Source: an uncultured Clostridia bacterium (GTDB taxonomy: Bacteria; Bacillota; Clostridia; Oscillospirales; CAG-272). From it: 64,000 nt of DNA. Below are positions 29,325 to 37,044 of this stretch, one piece after another; within the stretch, counting starts at the first letter, position 1, and each line of letters begins with the position of its first letter. Both the position numbers and the translations under genes were made by a program. Location: positions 5,914 to 69,913 of the forward strand of contig CALXUY010000081.1 of NCBI GenBank assembly GCA_944391805.1, given 5' to 3'. The notes below the pieces were generated by a model. That model searched no databases. It saw only the letters and a list, made by a program, of their open reading frames with translations, and was not told the origin of the DNA.

Positions 29325-31271
29325 ATGAATCACGGCTTTATCAAGGTGGCCGCAGGCGCACCGGAGGTCCGGGTTGCCGACCCCGACCGCAATGCTGCCT
29401 GCCTGCTCCGCATGGCACAGGAGGCAGCGGAGGCAGGCGCCCGGCTGCTTGTGTTCCCGGAGCTTGCCCTCACCGGCTACACCTGCGGGGATCTGTTTCT
29501 CTCCGAGGCATTGCTGGAGGCAGCGCTGCGCGGTCTGAATACCCTGCTCTCCGGAACCGCGGAGCTTGACCTGCTGGTTGCGGTCGGTCTGCCGCTGGTC
29601 TGGCAGAACAAGCTCTACAACTGCGCCGCCGTCTGCCACAGGGGGCGGCTTCTCGGCGTAGTCCCCAAAACCGCAATCCCCAACTACGGCGAGTTTTACG
29701 AGGCACGCCATTTTACCCCGGCTCCTGCCGACGACGCCCAAGCCGAAATATCGCTCTGCGGGCAAACCGTTCCCTTCGGCACACATCTGCTGTTTGCCTG
29801 CCGCGAGCTGCCGGCATGGAAAATAGCGGCCGAGATCTGCGAGGACGTCTGGGTGTCGGTTCCCCCCTCCTGCAATCATACGGCGGCCGGTGCAACCGTG
29901 GTCTGCAATCTCTCGGCCTCGCCCGAAATTATCGGGAAGGAGGATTACCGGCGGCTCCTGATGCAGTCGCACTCCGCGCGCACGGTCTGCGGCTATGTGT
30001 TCAGCTCGGCCGGCAGCGGCGAATCGACAACCGATCTGGTGTTCAGCGGACACAACATCATCTGCGAAAACGGCATTGTATTGGCAGAGGCTCTGCCGTT
30101 TGACGATTCCTCCCGGATTGTATACAGCGAAATTGATGTGGAGCGCCTGGTTTACGAGCGCCGCCGCATGAATACGCACATCTCCTCATCGGCCGCCCGG
30201 TACCGGGAAATTCCCTTCTCTCTGCATCCATCCCAGACCCGCCTGAGCCGCTATGTGGCGCCCCACCCGTTCGTCCCGTCGGACGTCAGCGAGCGAAACC
30301 GCCGGTGCGAGACCATTCTGAACATTCAGGCCAAGGGTCTGGCGCAGCGCATCCGCTGCGCGGGGGCCGGGAAAGCGGTGATCGGTATTTCGGGAGGACT
30401 GGATTCCACGCTGGCGCTGCTGGCGGCAGTTCGCGCCATGGATCTGCTGGAGCGCCCGCGAACCGATATTCTGGCCGTCACAATGCCCTGCTTCGGCACC
30501 ACCAAGCGCACAAAGAACAACGCAACCGTGCTGTGCCGGGAGCTTGGCGTGGATTTTCGCTGCGTCAGCATCGGGAAATCGGTGGAACGGCATTTTGCGG
30601 ATATCGGCCACGACCCGGCGGACCGCAACGTCACCTATGAAAACAGTCAGGCCCGTGAGCGCACACAGGTGCTGATGGATCTGGCCAACGACTGCGGTGG
30701 GCTGGTGGTTGGCACCGGAGATCTCTCCGAGCTGGCGCTTGGCTGGGCCACCTACAACGGGGACCATATGTCAATGTACGGGGTCAACGCCTCAGTTCCC
30801 AAAACGCTGGTGCGCCATATGGTGGCCTGGTGTGCCGACCGGGCCGCAGAGGCTGGGCAGGACAGGCTGGCCTCCGCTCTGCGGGATGTGCTGGACACCC
30901 CGGTTTCCCCCGAGCTGCTGCCGGCCACCGAGACCGGAGAGATCGCACAGAAAACCGAGGATCTGGTCGGTCCTTACGAGCTGCACGACTTTTATCTCTA
31001 CTATATGCTCCGCTTTGGCTTCCGCCCGCAGAAGCTCTACCGCCTTGCCAAATACGCGTTGGGGGAGCATTACACAGACGACGTCCTCCTGCACTGGCTT
31101 GAGGTCTTTCTGCGCCGCTTCTTTGCCCAGCAGTTCAAGCGCTCCTGCCTGCCGGACGGCCCGAAGGTCGGCTCTGTTGCCCTTTCCCCGCGCGGTGACT
31201 GGAGAATGCCTTCGGATGCGTCGGCTGACGCATGGCTGGCCGAGGTACAGGCGCTGCGCGCCAAGTCATAA
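29325..31271 (+). CDS. nadE: Glutamine-dependent NAD+ synthetase (N-terminal nitrilase-like domain plus C-terminal synthetase domain)
   Basis: 648 aa. CN-hydrolase region (FPELALTGYTCGDLF, ICED) and ATP-PPase motif (GISGGLDST). It is divergent from pncB. Confidence 0.9.
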   Translation: MNHGFIKVAAGAPEVRVADPDRNAACLLRMAQEAAEAGARLLVFPELALTGYTCGDLFLSEALLEAALRGLNTLLSGTAELDLLVAVGLPLVWQNKLYNCAAVCHRGRLLGVVPKTAIPNYGEFYEARHFTPAPADDAQAEISLCGQTVPFGTHLLFACRELPAWKIAAEICEDVWVSVPPSCNHTAAGATVVCNLSASPEIIGKEDYRRLLMQSHSARTVCGYVFSSAGSGESTTDLVFSGHNIICENGIVLAEALPFDDSSRIVYSEIDVERLVYERRRMNTHISSSAARYREIPFSLHPSQTRLSRYVAPHPFVPSDVSERNRRCETILNIQAKGLAQRIRCAGAGKAVIGISGGLDSTLALLAAVRAMDLLERPRTDILAVTMPCFGTTKRTKNNATVLCRELGVDFRCVSIGKSVERHFADIGHDPADRNVTYENSQARERTQVLMDLANDCGGLVVGTGDLSELALGWATYNGDHMSMYGVNASVPKTLVRHMVAWCADRAAEAGQDRLASALRDVLDTPVSPELLPATETGEIAQKTEDLVGPYELHDFYLYYMLRFGFRPQKLYRLAKYALGEHYTDDVLLHWLEVFLRRFFAQQFKRSCLPDGPKVGSVALSPRGDWRMPSDASADAWLAEVQALRAKS

Positions 31272-31388
31272 AACAGCGCTCCGTGCGCCGACGATGACAC
31301 AGGACCGCAATGGTCACCATGACAATTGCGGGGGTTTTTCCTGTCCGCAGCCTCCGGCAAGTTTTTTTCCCAAAAACAAATATTCCTA

Positions 31389-31417
31389 TAGACAAACACA
31401 GAAAACTGTGGTATAAT
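31389..31417 (+). promoter_or_regulatory. Extended -10 promoter upstream of the ktrBA leader
   Basis: TAGACA (31389-31394), a 17 nt spacer and TGgTATAAT (-10 at 31412-31417). This leaves a leader of about 140 nt before the ATG at 31565. Confidence 0.55.
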
Positions 31418-31564
31418 ATGCGAGGACTGCGGCCTTGTGTGCTCGCAGCACCGAAAACGGTTGCGCCTGCGGCGAGGAAAATCGGTTTTCCTTCCATGCG
31501 TCGAGCACAGCCCCGAACCGCCGGAAATCGCGCGGTTTACCATTCATATGGAGAGGAACATCTG

Positions 31565-32863
31565 ATGAACCAAATCCTGAAAAAGCTATCCCCTGTCAGA
31601 ATCATCGCGCTTGGCTTTGCACTCACCATTTTGCTGGGTTCCCTGCTGCTGATCATGCCCTTCAGTGTCAAGGACGGGGTAGAGCTGCATTACATCGACG
31701 CGCTGTATACCTCTACCAGCGCCGTATGCGTCACCGGGCTGATTGCCGTGGATGCGGGCGATACCTTTACTCCGCTCGGTCAGTTCATTCTGGCTGCCCT
31801 GATTCAGATCGGCGGGCTTGGCGTGACCACCATCGGCGCAGGCATCATTCTTGCAATGGGCAAACGCATGGATCTCAAGGGGCGCACGATCATCAAGGAA
31901 GCGGTCAATCTGGATACCGGAAAAGGGATTGTCACCCTCGTTAAAAACATCTTTATCACCACGGTCATCTTCGAGCTGATCGGAGCCATTCTGAGCTTTA
32001 CTGTTTTTGTACAGGACTACCCGGTCGGAAAGGCCATCGGCATCAGCTTCTTCCACTCGGTTGCTGCCTTCAACAACTCCGGGTTTGATATCCTCGGCAA
32101 CTACCAGAACCTGATTCCCTACCGCGACAACGTCATGCTGAATCTCACCACCTGCGGCCTGATTTTCTTCGGCGGGATCGGATTTCTGGTGATTCGTGAA
32201 ATGTGGACCAAAAAATTCCGTTGGAAAAAGTTTTCCATGCATGCCAAGGTGGTTTTGACCTTCAGTGCGGCGCTGATTGTGGTTGGAACCGTGTTGATCA
32301 AGCTGACCGAGGACGTGACATGGATGGGCGCCTTTTTCCACAGTGTTTCGGCCAGAACGGCCGGCTTTTCCACCTATCCGCTCGGTACATTTTCCAATTC
32401 CGGTCTGCTTGTGCTGACGGTATTGATGTTTATCGGCGCGTCTCCCGGATCGACGGGCGGCGGTATCAAAACCAGTACGCTGTTTGTACTGTTTCAGGGA
32501 ATCAAATCGGCCGCCACCAACAAATCGGAAAAGGGCTTTCACTATTCGGTGCCGAAGGACGCCTTCAAAAAAGCGGCCGTCATTACGCTGCTTGCCCTTG
32601 GTGTGGTGATCACCGGCACCTATCTGTTCACCATTCTGGAGCCGGAGGTCGGCCTGATGGACGCGCTGTTTGAAGTCACCAGCGCATTCGGAACGGTTGG
32701 TCTTTCCACCGGAATCACACCGGGACTCGGAGTCGGCGCAAAGCTGCTTTCGATTTTCACCATGTATATCGGCCGATTGGGGCCGCTGACCGTTGCCTCG
32801 CTTTGGTATTTTTCCAGAGGCGAGCGCGTCAAATTTCCCGATGGGAACATTGCCATCGGATAA
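31565..32863 (+). CDS. ktrB: TrkH/KtrB-family K+ transporter membrane subunit
   Basis: The ORF starts MNQILKKLSPVRIIALGFALTILLGSLLL. Selectivity-filter-like motifs are visible (CVTGL, GGLGV, FNNSGF, GSTGGGIKT, FGTVGLS). The start follows the SD GGAGAGGA. The tracked ORF carries an 85-codon spurious extension. Confidence 0.85.
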   Translation: MNQILKKLSPVRIIALGFALTILLGSLLLIMPFSVKDGVELHYIDALYTSTSAVCVTGLIAVDAGDTFTPLGQFILAALIQIGGLGVTTIGAGIILAMGKRMDLKGRTIIKEAVNLDTGKGIVTLVKNIFITTVIFELIGAILSFTVFVQDYPVGKAIGISFFHSVAAFNNSGFDILGNYQNLIPYRDNVMLNLTTCGLIFFGGIGFLVIREMWTKKFRWKKFSMHAKVVLTFSAALIVVGTVLIKLTEDVTWMGAFFHSVSARTAGFSTYPLGTFSNSGLLVLTVLMFIGASPGSTGGGIKTSTLFVLFQGIKSAATNKSEKGFHYSVPKDAFKKAAVITLLALGVVITGTYLFTILEPEVGLMDALFEVTSAFGTVGLSTGITPGLGVGAKLLSIFTMYIGRLGPLTVASLWYFSRGERVKFPDGNIAIG

Positions 32864-32881
32864 GGAGGATGTAAGGAGATT

Positions 32882-33559
32882 ATGTACCATAAAACCAAAA
32901 ACGATCGGATGAGCTATGGGATTGTCGGAATCGGGCGGTTCGGCTATGCGTTGGCAAACGCGCTTGTGGAATCCGGCTGCGAACTGATTGTTCTGGACCG
33001 CGACGAGGAAAAAATCCGAGAAATGCGGGAAAGAACCGAAAACGCCTTTGTGGTAAACAACCTCGAAAAGAAAACGCTGATGGACACCGGAATTCAGAAC
33101 TGCGATGTGGCAATCGTGTGCATCGGGGAACATATCGACACCTCGATTCTGACCACACTGAACCTGGTTTCCATGAACATTCCTACCGTCATCGCCAAAG
33201 CGACCAGTACCGAGCACGGTCTGATTCTGGAAAAGCTGGGCGCCGAGGTGGTTTACCCGGAGCGCGACATGGCGGTGCGCCTTGCAAACCGGCTGGAAAA
33301 CTCGAGGATGCTGGATTTTGTGCAATTGAGCGAACAGATCAACGTCACCAAAATGCAGGTGCCCGCACAGATCATCGGCAAAACCGTTCTGGACGTGAAT
33401 TTCCGTTCCCGCTTCGGATTGAATATCATTGCCATCGAAAACAACAACTCGGTGGTGGAGGTCATCCTGCCCGAATATGTCTTTCGGAAGAACGATATTC
33501 TGTTCCTTGCCGGCTCCAAGCAGGGTCTGTCCAAGCTGAACAAGTGGACCGAGGGTTGA
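32882..33559 (+). CDS. ktrA: TrkA/KtrA-family K+ transporter gating subunit (RCK_N and RCK_C domains)
   Basis: Rossmann motif GIVGIGRFGYALANAL plus a C-terminal RCK_C region. It lies immediately downstream of ktrB. Confidence 0.85.
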   Translation: MYHKTKNDRMSYGIVGIGRFGYALANALVESGCELIVLDRDEEKIREMRERTENAFVVNNLEKKTLMDTGIQNCDVAIVCIGEHIDTSILTTLNLVSMNIPTVIAKATSTEHGLILEKLGAEVVYPERDMAVRLANRLENSRMLDFVQLSEQINVTKMQVPAQIIGKTVLDVNFRSRFGLNIIAIENNNSVVEVILPEYVFRKNDILFLAGSKQGLSKLNKWTEG

Positions 33560-33669
33560 TTGCCAGCCGGCGGCAAAAGTCCCGTTCCCCCGGCTGCGGC
33601 GGGCCTACCCGAACGGTACGGGCAGTCCCCATCCCGCATCGCATCCATTTATGATCGTTTCCATACCGA

Positions 33670-33697
33670 GCTGACACCTCTTGCGGGAGTTGTCAGC
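33670..33697 (+). repeat. 28 nt hairpin, copy 1 (left boundary of the stem-loop array)
   Basis: GCTGACACCTC-TTGCGG-GAGTTGTCAGC. It shares the identical 17 nt core GACACCTCTTGCGGGAG with copy 2 in direct orientation and is followed by TGTAGAC (33704-33710). Confidence 0.8.
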
Positions 33698-33810
33698 TGA
33701 GGTTGTAGACAAAAGGCGCATCAAATCAAAATTGCACAAAAGCGTTCGTCCGCTTTTTCTTTGAGCGTGTAGGCGCAAAGAAACAAGCAAAGGCTTCGCA
33801 TGGCTCAGCC

Positions 33811-34071
33811 GCAAATCTGCTTCGCAGAGTTTGCCAAAGAAGAAAAGGATTTGTTCCAAATCCGCGAATCGCTGCGCGAGTTCGCCGCCGTTTAGGGATT
33901 TCGCCGCCTGCGGGGGAAACTTCTGCGAAGCAGAATTTCCGGCACCTATGGTGCCTTGCGACACAACGCCCCACGGCGTTGGATCCGTGGGAACTTTTTG
34001 CAAAGCAAAAATTCCCGGTGGCCTTTGCCACCTGCCGCCATTTTGAGAAAAGGAAATGCGCTTTGCGCATT
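33811..34071. repeat. Dense array of short stem-loops, including four bulged hairpins of one family in both orientations
   Basis: Bulged family, forward: 33811-33834 (GCAAATCTGC-TTC-GCAGAgTTTGC) and 33864-33885 (GCGAATCGC-TGC-GCGAgTTCGC). Bulged family, inverted: 33915-33940 (GGAAAcTTCTGC-GAA-GCAGAATTTCC) and 33989-34016 (GGGAAcTTTTTGC-AAA-GCAAAAATTCCC). Abutting perfect 6-7 bp hairpins lie at 33847-33863, 33941-33955 and 34017-34032. Further hairpins lie at 33964-33981 and 34055-34071. Confidence 0.8.
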
Positions 34072-34124
34072 GGCGAAAACTTTAGCTAAACTGACGAAAG
34101 CCGTTGCTTTGGTCTACAGTCTGA

Positions 34125-34152
34125 GCAGACACCTCTTGCGGGAGGTGTCTGC
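34125..34152 (+). repeat. 28 nt hairpin, copy 2 (right boundary of the stem-loop array)
   Basis: GCAGACACCTC-TTGCGG-GAGGTGTCTGC. Relative to copy 1, the T-to-A change at stem position 3 is matched by an A-to-T change at the pairing position. It is preceded by GTCTACA (34112-34118), the complement of TGTAGAC at 33704-33710. Confidence 0.8.
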
Positions 34153-34220
34153 TTTGCTTTGAGCCGGATGCACCGCTTGCTCTGTGCCTGCGCAAGCGCG
34201 GTCACACGCAAATCCGCCAA

Positions 34221-34253
34221 ACGGAAAAGCCCCGCGCCGTGACGGCGCGGGGC
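34221..34253 (-). terminator. Intrinsic terminator of the minus-strand lipoprotein gene
   Basis: GCCCCGCGCCG-TCA-CGGCGCGGGGC (11 bp GC stem) followed by TTTTCCGTTT on the minus strand. Confidence 0.75.
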
Positions 34254-34258
34254 GGGCA

Positions 34259-34843
34259 TTATGGATTTGCAACCGAGATGACCTGATACTTGCAGAGCGG
34301 CAGCAAGGCCTCGTACCCTTGATACACATTGTAGCCTCTGACCGCGAACAAATCGTTTCCAACGGCAACGCTGACCTCGTTCCAATCCTCCACATACAGC
34401 GTGTTTTCGTCGATTGGCTCCAATCTCATAGATTCCTTGCGTTCCTCATACAACGGGCGATCCGACAGCGAGTTGACGGTATAGTAGAAGGACAGTTCCT
34501 GTTCCACATTCACCCTCTCGTCCATGGACTGCGGCATATGCTCCTCCGGGATAAAAATGAAGTGGAGCGAAGAAGTGACCACTTCAACCCGAAGCAACGC
34601 ATATTCTTCCGGAACCGTTTGCGGATAGAGATATTCGGTCAGACCGGACAGAAATATTTCTTCCCGTGTCATCGGTGCTTCGTTTGCCTTTTTCTGTTTG
34701 CACTCCTGAATGCCTTTCTGAAAATCTTCCAAGCTGTCATAGCTTAAATAGGAGCAATCCGAAAGTTCCGGCTCCTCCTGCCTGCATCCGCCAAAGCAGA
34801 GCATTGCGAGGAATATAACGATTATGCCTGTTTTCTGTAACAC
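34259..34843 (-). CDS. Small lipoprotein of unknown function (visibly AT-richer than its flanks)
   Basis: The GTG start lies 7 nt after a GGAGG SD. The signal peptide has the lipobox CFGGC. 194 aa with no recognised family. Confidence 0.6.
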   Translation of the reverse strand: MLQKTGIIVIFLAMLCFGGCRQEEPELSDCSYLSYDSLEDFQKGIQECKQKKANEAPMTREEIFLSGLTEYLYPQTVPEEYALLRVEVVTSSLHFIFIPEEHMPQSMDERVNVEQELSFYYTVNSLSDRPLYEERKESMRLEPIDENTLYVEDWNEVSVAVGNDLFAVRGYNVYQGYEALLPLCKYQVISVANP

Positions 34844-34984
34844 GGGGTATGCCTCCTTTCCGTTCTACACATGACAGAATATGCCGAACAAAGTCAATCC
34901 GATATGCTACCCGGCATCGCGTAATGAAACTTTTTTGTCGGATTTACAGAGCCTTTTTTCGTTTTTTGATCAGGGAAACAACCA

Positions 34985-35087
34985 TCAAAAAACGCGCAAA
35001 TCTCCTTTTCCGGAAGTTTGCGCGTTCATTTTCCGATCTTCACAAGTCGGAGAATGAGGAATTTCCGGCTGCAGGGGATCTTGGATA
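34985..35087 (-). ncRNA. Candidate small RNA or 5' leader: an orphan promoter plus intrinsic terminator pair
   Basis: On the minus strand: TTGCAT (35122-35117), 17 nt, then TGaTATAAT (-10 at 35099-35094). About 100 nt downstream lies the hairpin AACGCGCAAA/TTTGCGCGTT (34991-35026) followed by TTTTTTGATGG. No plausible ORF lies between them. Confidence 0.3.
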
Positions 35088-35310
35088 ATTGGGATTATAT
35101 CACATCAAGAACAGAAATGCAACTGTTTTTCAGCAATTTTTTCTATATTCAGCAGATGTTTCTGATACCAGATCATTTCCGGTATATCAAATTCGTTTGG
35201 TCATCAATCATTCACAAATTGTTTATATATTTGGGGTTCCCTGCACCGGAATTTTCTGGTATAATAATATATTCATTGGTATATGAGACGGAAGGAAAAA
35301 AGACGGACAT

Positions 35311-37044
35311 ATGAAAAAACTGCTTCCCTTTTTGAAGCCCTACACCAAGGAATCCATCATCAGCCCGCTGTTCAAGCTGCTGGAGGCGGGCTTTGACCTG
35401 ATGGTTCCCATTGTGGTCAAGCGGATGATGGATTCCGGCATTCCGGCCGGCGACCGCGCGCAGATCTGGCGGCTGTGCGGCGTGCTCGTGATCTTTGCGC
35501 TGGCCGGCATTGCCTGCTCGCTCACCGCCCAGTATTTTGCCGCCCGAGCGGCGGTCGGCTTCGGCGCGGGGCTGCGCAGCGCGCTGTTCCGGCACATTCA
35601 GGGCTTTTCCTATGCACAGACCGACCAAGCCGGCACCTCTACCCTGATCACGCGGATGACCGCCGACATCAACCAGATGCAGACCGGCGTAAATATGACC
35701 CTGCGCCTGCTGCTCCGCTCCCCGATCATCGTATTCGGAGCGATGATCCTCGCCTTTACGGTCAATGCATCCAGCGCATGGGTGTTTGTGGTAGCCATTC
35801 CCCTGTTGGCAGTGGTGGTGTTCAGCATCATGTTTGCGGGCATTCCGCTCTACCGCCGCGTGCAGCAGAACCTGGACCGGGTGACGTCGATCACGCGGGA
35901 AAATCTCAACGGCGTGCGGGTGATCCGCGCCTTTCGCAAGGAGCAGGAGGAAATTGACCGCTTTGAGGCTGCCAACACCGCGCACAACCGGATTCAGAAT
36001 CACGTGGGCAGAATCTCCGCCCTGCTCAACCCCATCACCATGCTGATTGTCAACGGCGGGCTGATCGCGCTGCTGCTCTCGGGCGCCATCCGCGTGGAGA
36101 GCGGCAGCATGACCACCGGCGATGTGTTTGCGCTGACCAACTACATGTCGCAGATTCTGGTGGAGCTGATCAAGTTTGCCGACGTCATCATCACGGTCAA
36201 CAAGGCGCTGGCCTGCGCCTCGCGCGTGGAAAGCGTGCTGGACATGCCGGTTGGCATGGAGGTGCAGGACATCCCGGCCGACCCTTCGGCCGCCGGCAGT
36301 GCGGTCTGCTTCCGGAGCGCGGGGCTGACCTACGCGGGCAACGCCGCCCCCTCGGTCTCCGGAATCGATTTTACGGTGCGTCCGGGTGAGACGGTTGGCA
36401 TCATCGGCTCCACCGGCTCGGGCAAAACCTCGGTGGTCAATCTGATTCCCCGGTTCTATGACGCAACCGAGGGCGCGGTGCTGGTGAACGGCCGGGATGT
36501 GCGGAGCTACCCCTTGGAAGAGCTGCGCGGCCGCGTGGCCGTGGTGCCGCAAAAGGCCGTGCTGTTCCGGGGCACCGTGCGCTCCAACCTGCTGTGGGGC
36601 AACGGGAACGCGACCGACGAGGAGCTGTGGCGGGCGCTGGAGCTTGCCCAGGCCAAGGATTTCATTCAGCAGAAGCCGGGCGGGCTGGACGCGCCGGTCT
36701 CCCAGAACGGGCGCAATTTTTCGGGCGGGCAGCGACAGCGGCTCTGCATTGCCCGCGCGCTGGTGCGCGGCACGGCCGATATTCTGATTCTGGACGACAG
36801 CTCCTCGGCGCTGGACTACGCAACCGACGCGGCGCTGCGCGCGGCACTCCGGCATCTGCCGGGAAAGCCGACCGTTTTCCTGATCTCCCAGCGCACGGCC
36901 TCGATTCAGCACGCCGACCGGATTCTGGTGCTCGAGGAGGGCCGGCCGGTGGGCCTTGGCAGGCATGAGGAGCTGCTGGAGAACTGCCCGGTATACCGCG
37001 AAATATATGAATCCCAGTTCCGCAAAGGAGGTGAGGGCGCATGA
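35311..37044 (+). CDS. ABC exporter, fused permease-ATPase (half transporter, subunit 1 of a heterodimeric pair)
   Basis: 577 aa. Type I exporter transmembrane domain plus a nucleotide-binding domain with GSTGSGKTS, FSGGQRQR and ILILDD. The stop overlaps the next start as ATGA. Confidence 0.9.
   Translation: MKKLLPFLKPYTKESIISPLFKLLEAGFDLMVPIVVKRMMDSGIPAGDRAQIWRLCGVLVIFALAGIACSLTAQYFAARAAVGFGAGLRSALFRHIQGFSYAQTDQAGTSTLITRMTADINQMQTGVNMTLRLLLRSPIIVFGAMILAFTVNASSAWVFVVAIPLLAVVVFSIMFAGIPLYRRVQQNLDRVTSITRENLNGVRVIRAFRKEQEEIDRFEAANTAHNRIQNHVGRISALLNPITMLIVNGGLIALLLSGAIRVESGSMTTGDVFALTNYMSQILVELIKFADVIITVNKALACASRVESVLDMPVGMEVQDIPADPSAAGSAVCFRSAGLTYAGNAAPSVSGIDFTVRPGETVGIIGSTGSGKTSVVNLIPRFYDATEGAVLVNGRDVRSYPLEELRGRVAVVPQKAVLFRGTVRSNLLWGNGNATDEELWRALELAQAKDFIQQKPGGLDAPVSQNGRNFSGGQRQRLCIARALVRGTADILILDDSSSALDYATDAALRAALRHLPGKPTVFLISQRTASIQHADRILVLEEGRPVGLGRHEELLENCPVYREIYESQFRKGGEGA

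Noticed and set aside
33605-34070. ORFs of 132, 114 and 71 aa on both strands inside the hairpin-rich intergenic tract.
   Set aside because: They overlap one another on both strands, as expected from palindromic DNA. They have no SD or family similarity, and their composition is driven by the stem-loops. They are treated as non-coding.
33560-34258. Possibility that the tract is a known housekeeping RNA (RNase P, tmRNA, SRP RNA or 6S) or a tRNA cluster.
   Set aside because: I found none of the signatures. These include the GAGGAAAGUCCGGGC and ACAGAAxCCGGCUUA RNase P motifs, the tRNA-like GGUUCGAAUCC T-loops with a CCA end, the tmRNA tag frame and the SRP domain IV motif. This was a by-eye check only, so a covariance-model search is still advised.
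34849-35314. Small plus-strand ORFs (79, 98 and 65 aa) in the AT-rich spacer upstream of the ABC exporter pair.
   Set aside because: They have no SD, unusual Phe/Ile-rich composition typical of AT-rich non-coding DNA, and mutual overlap. The region is better explained by promoters and the candidate sRNA/terminator.
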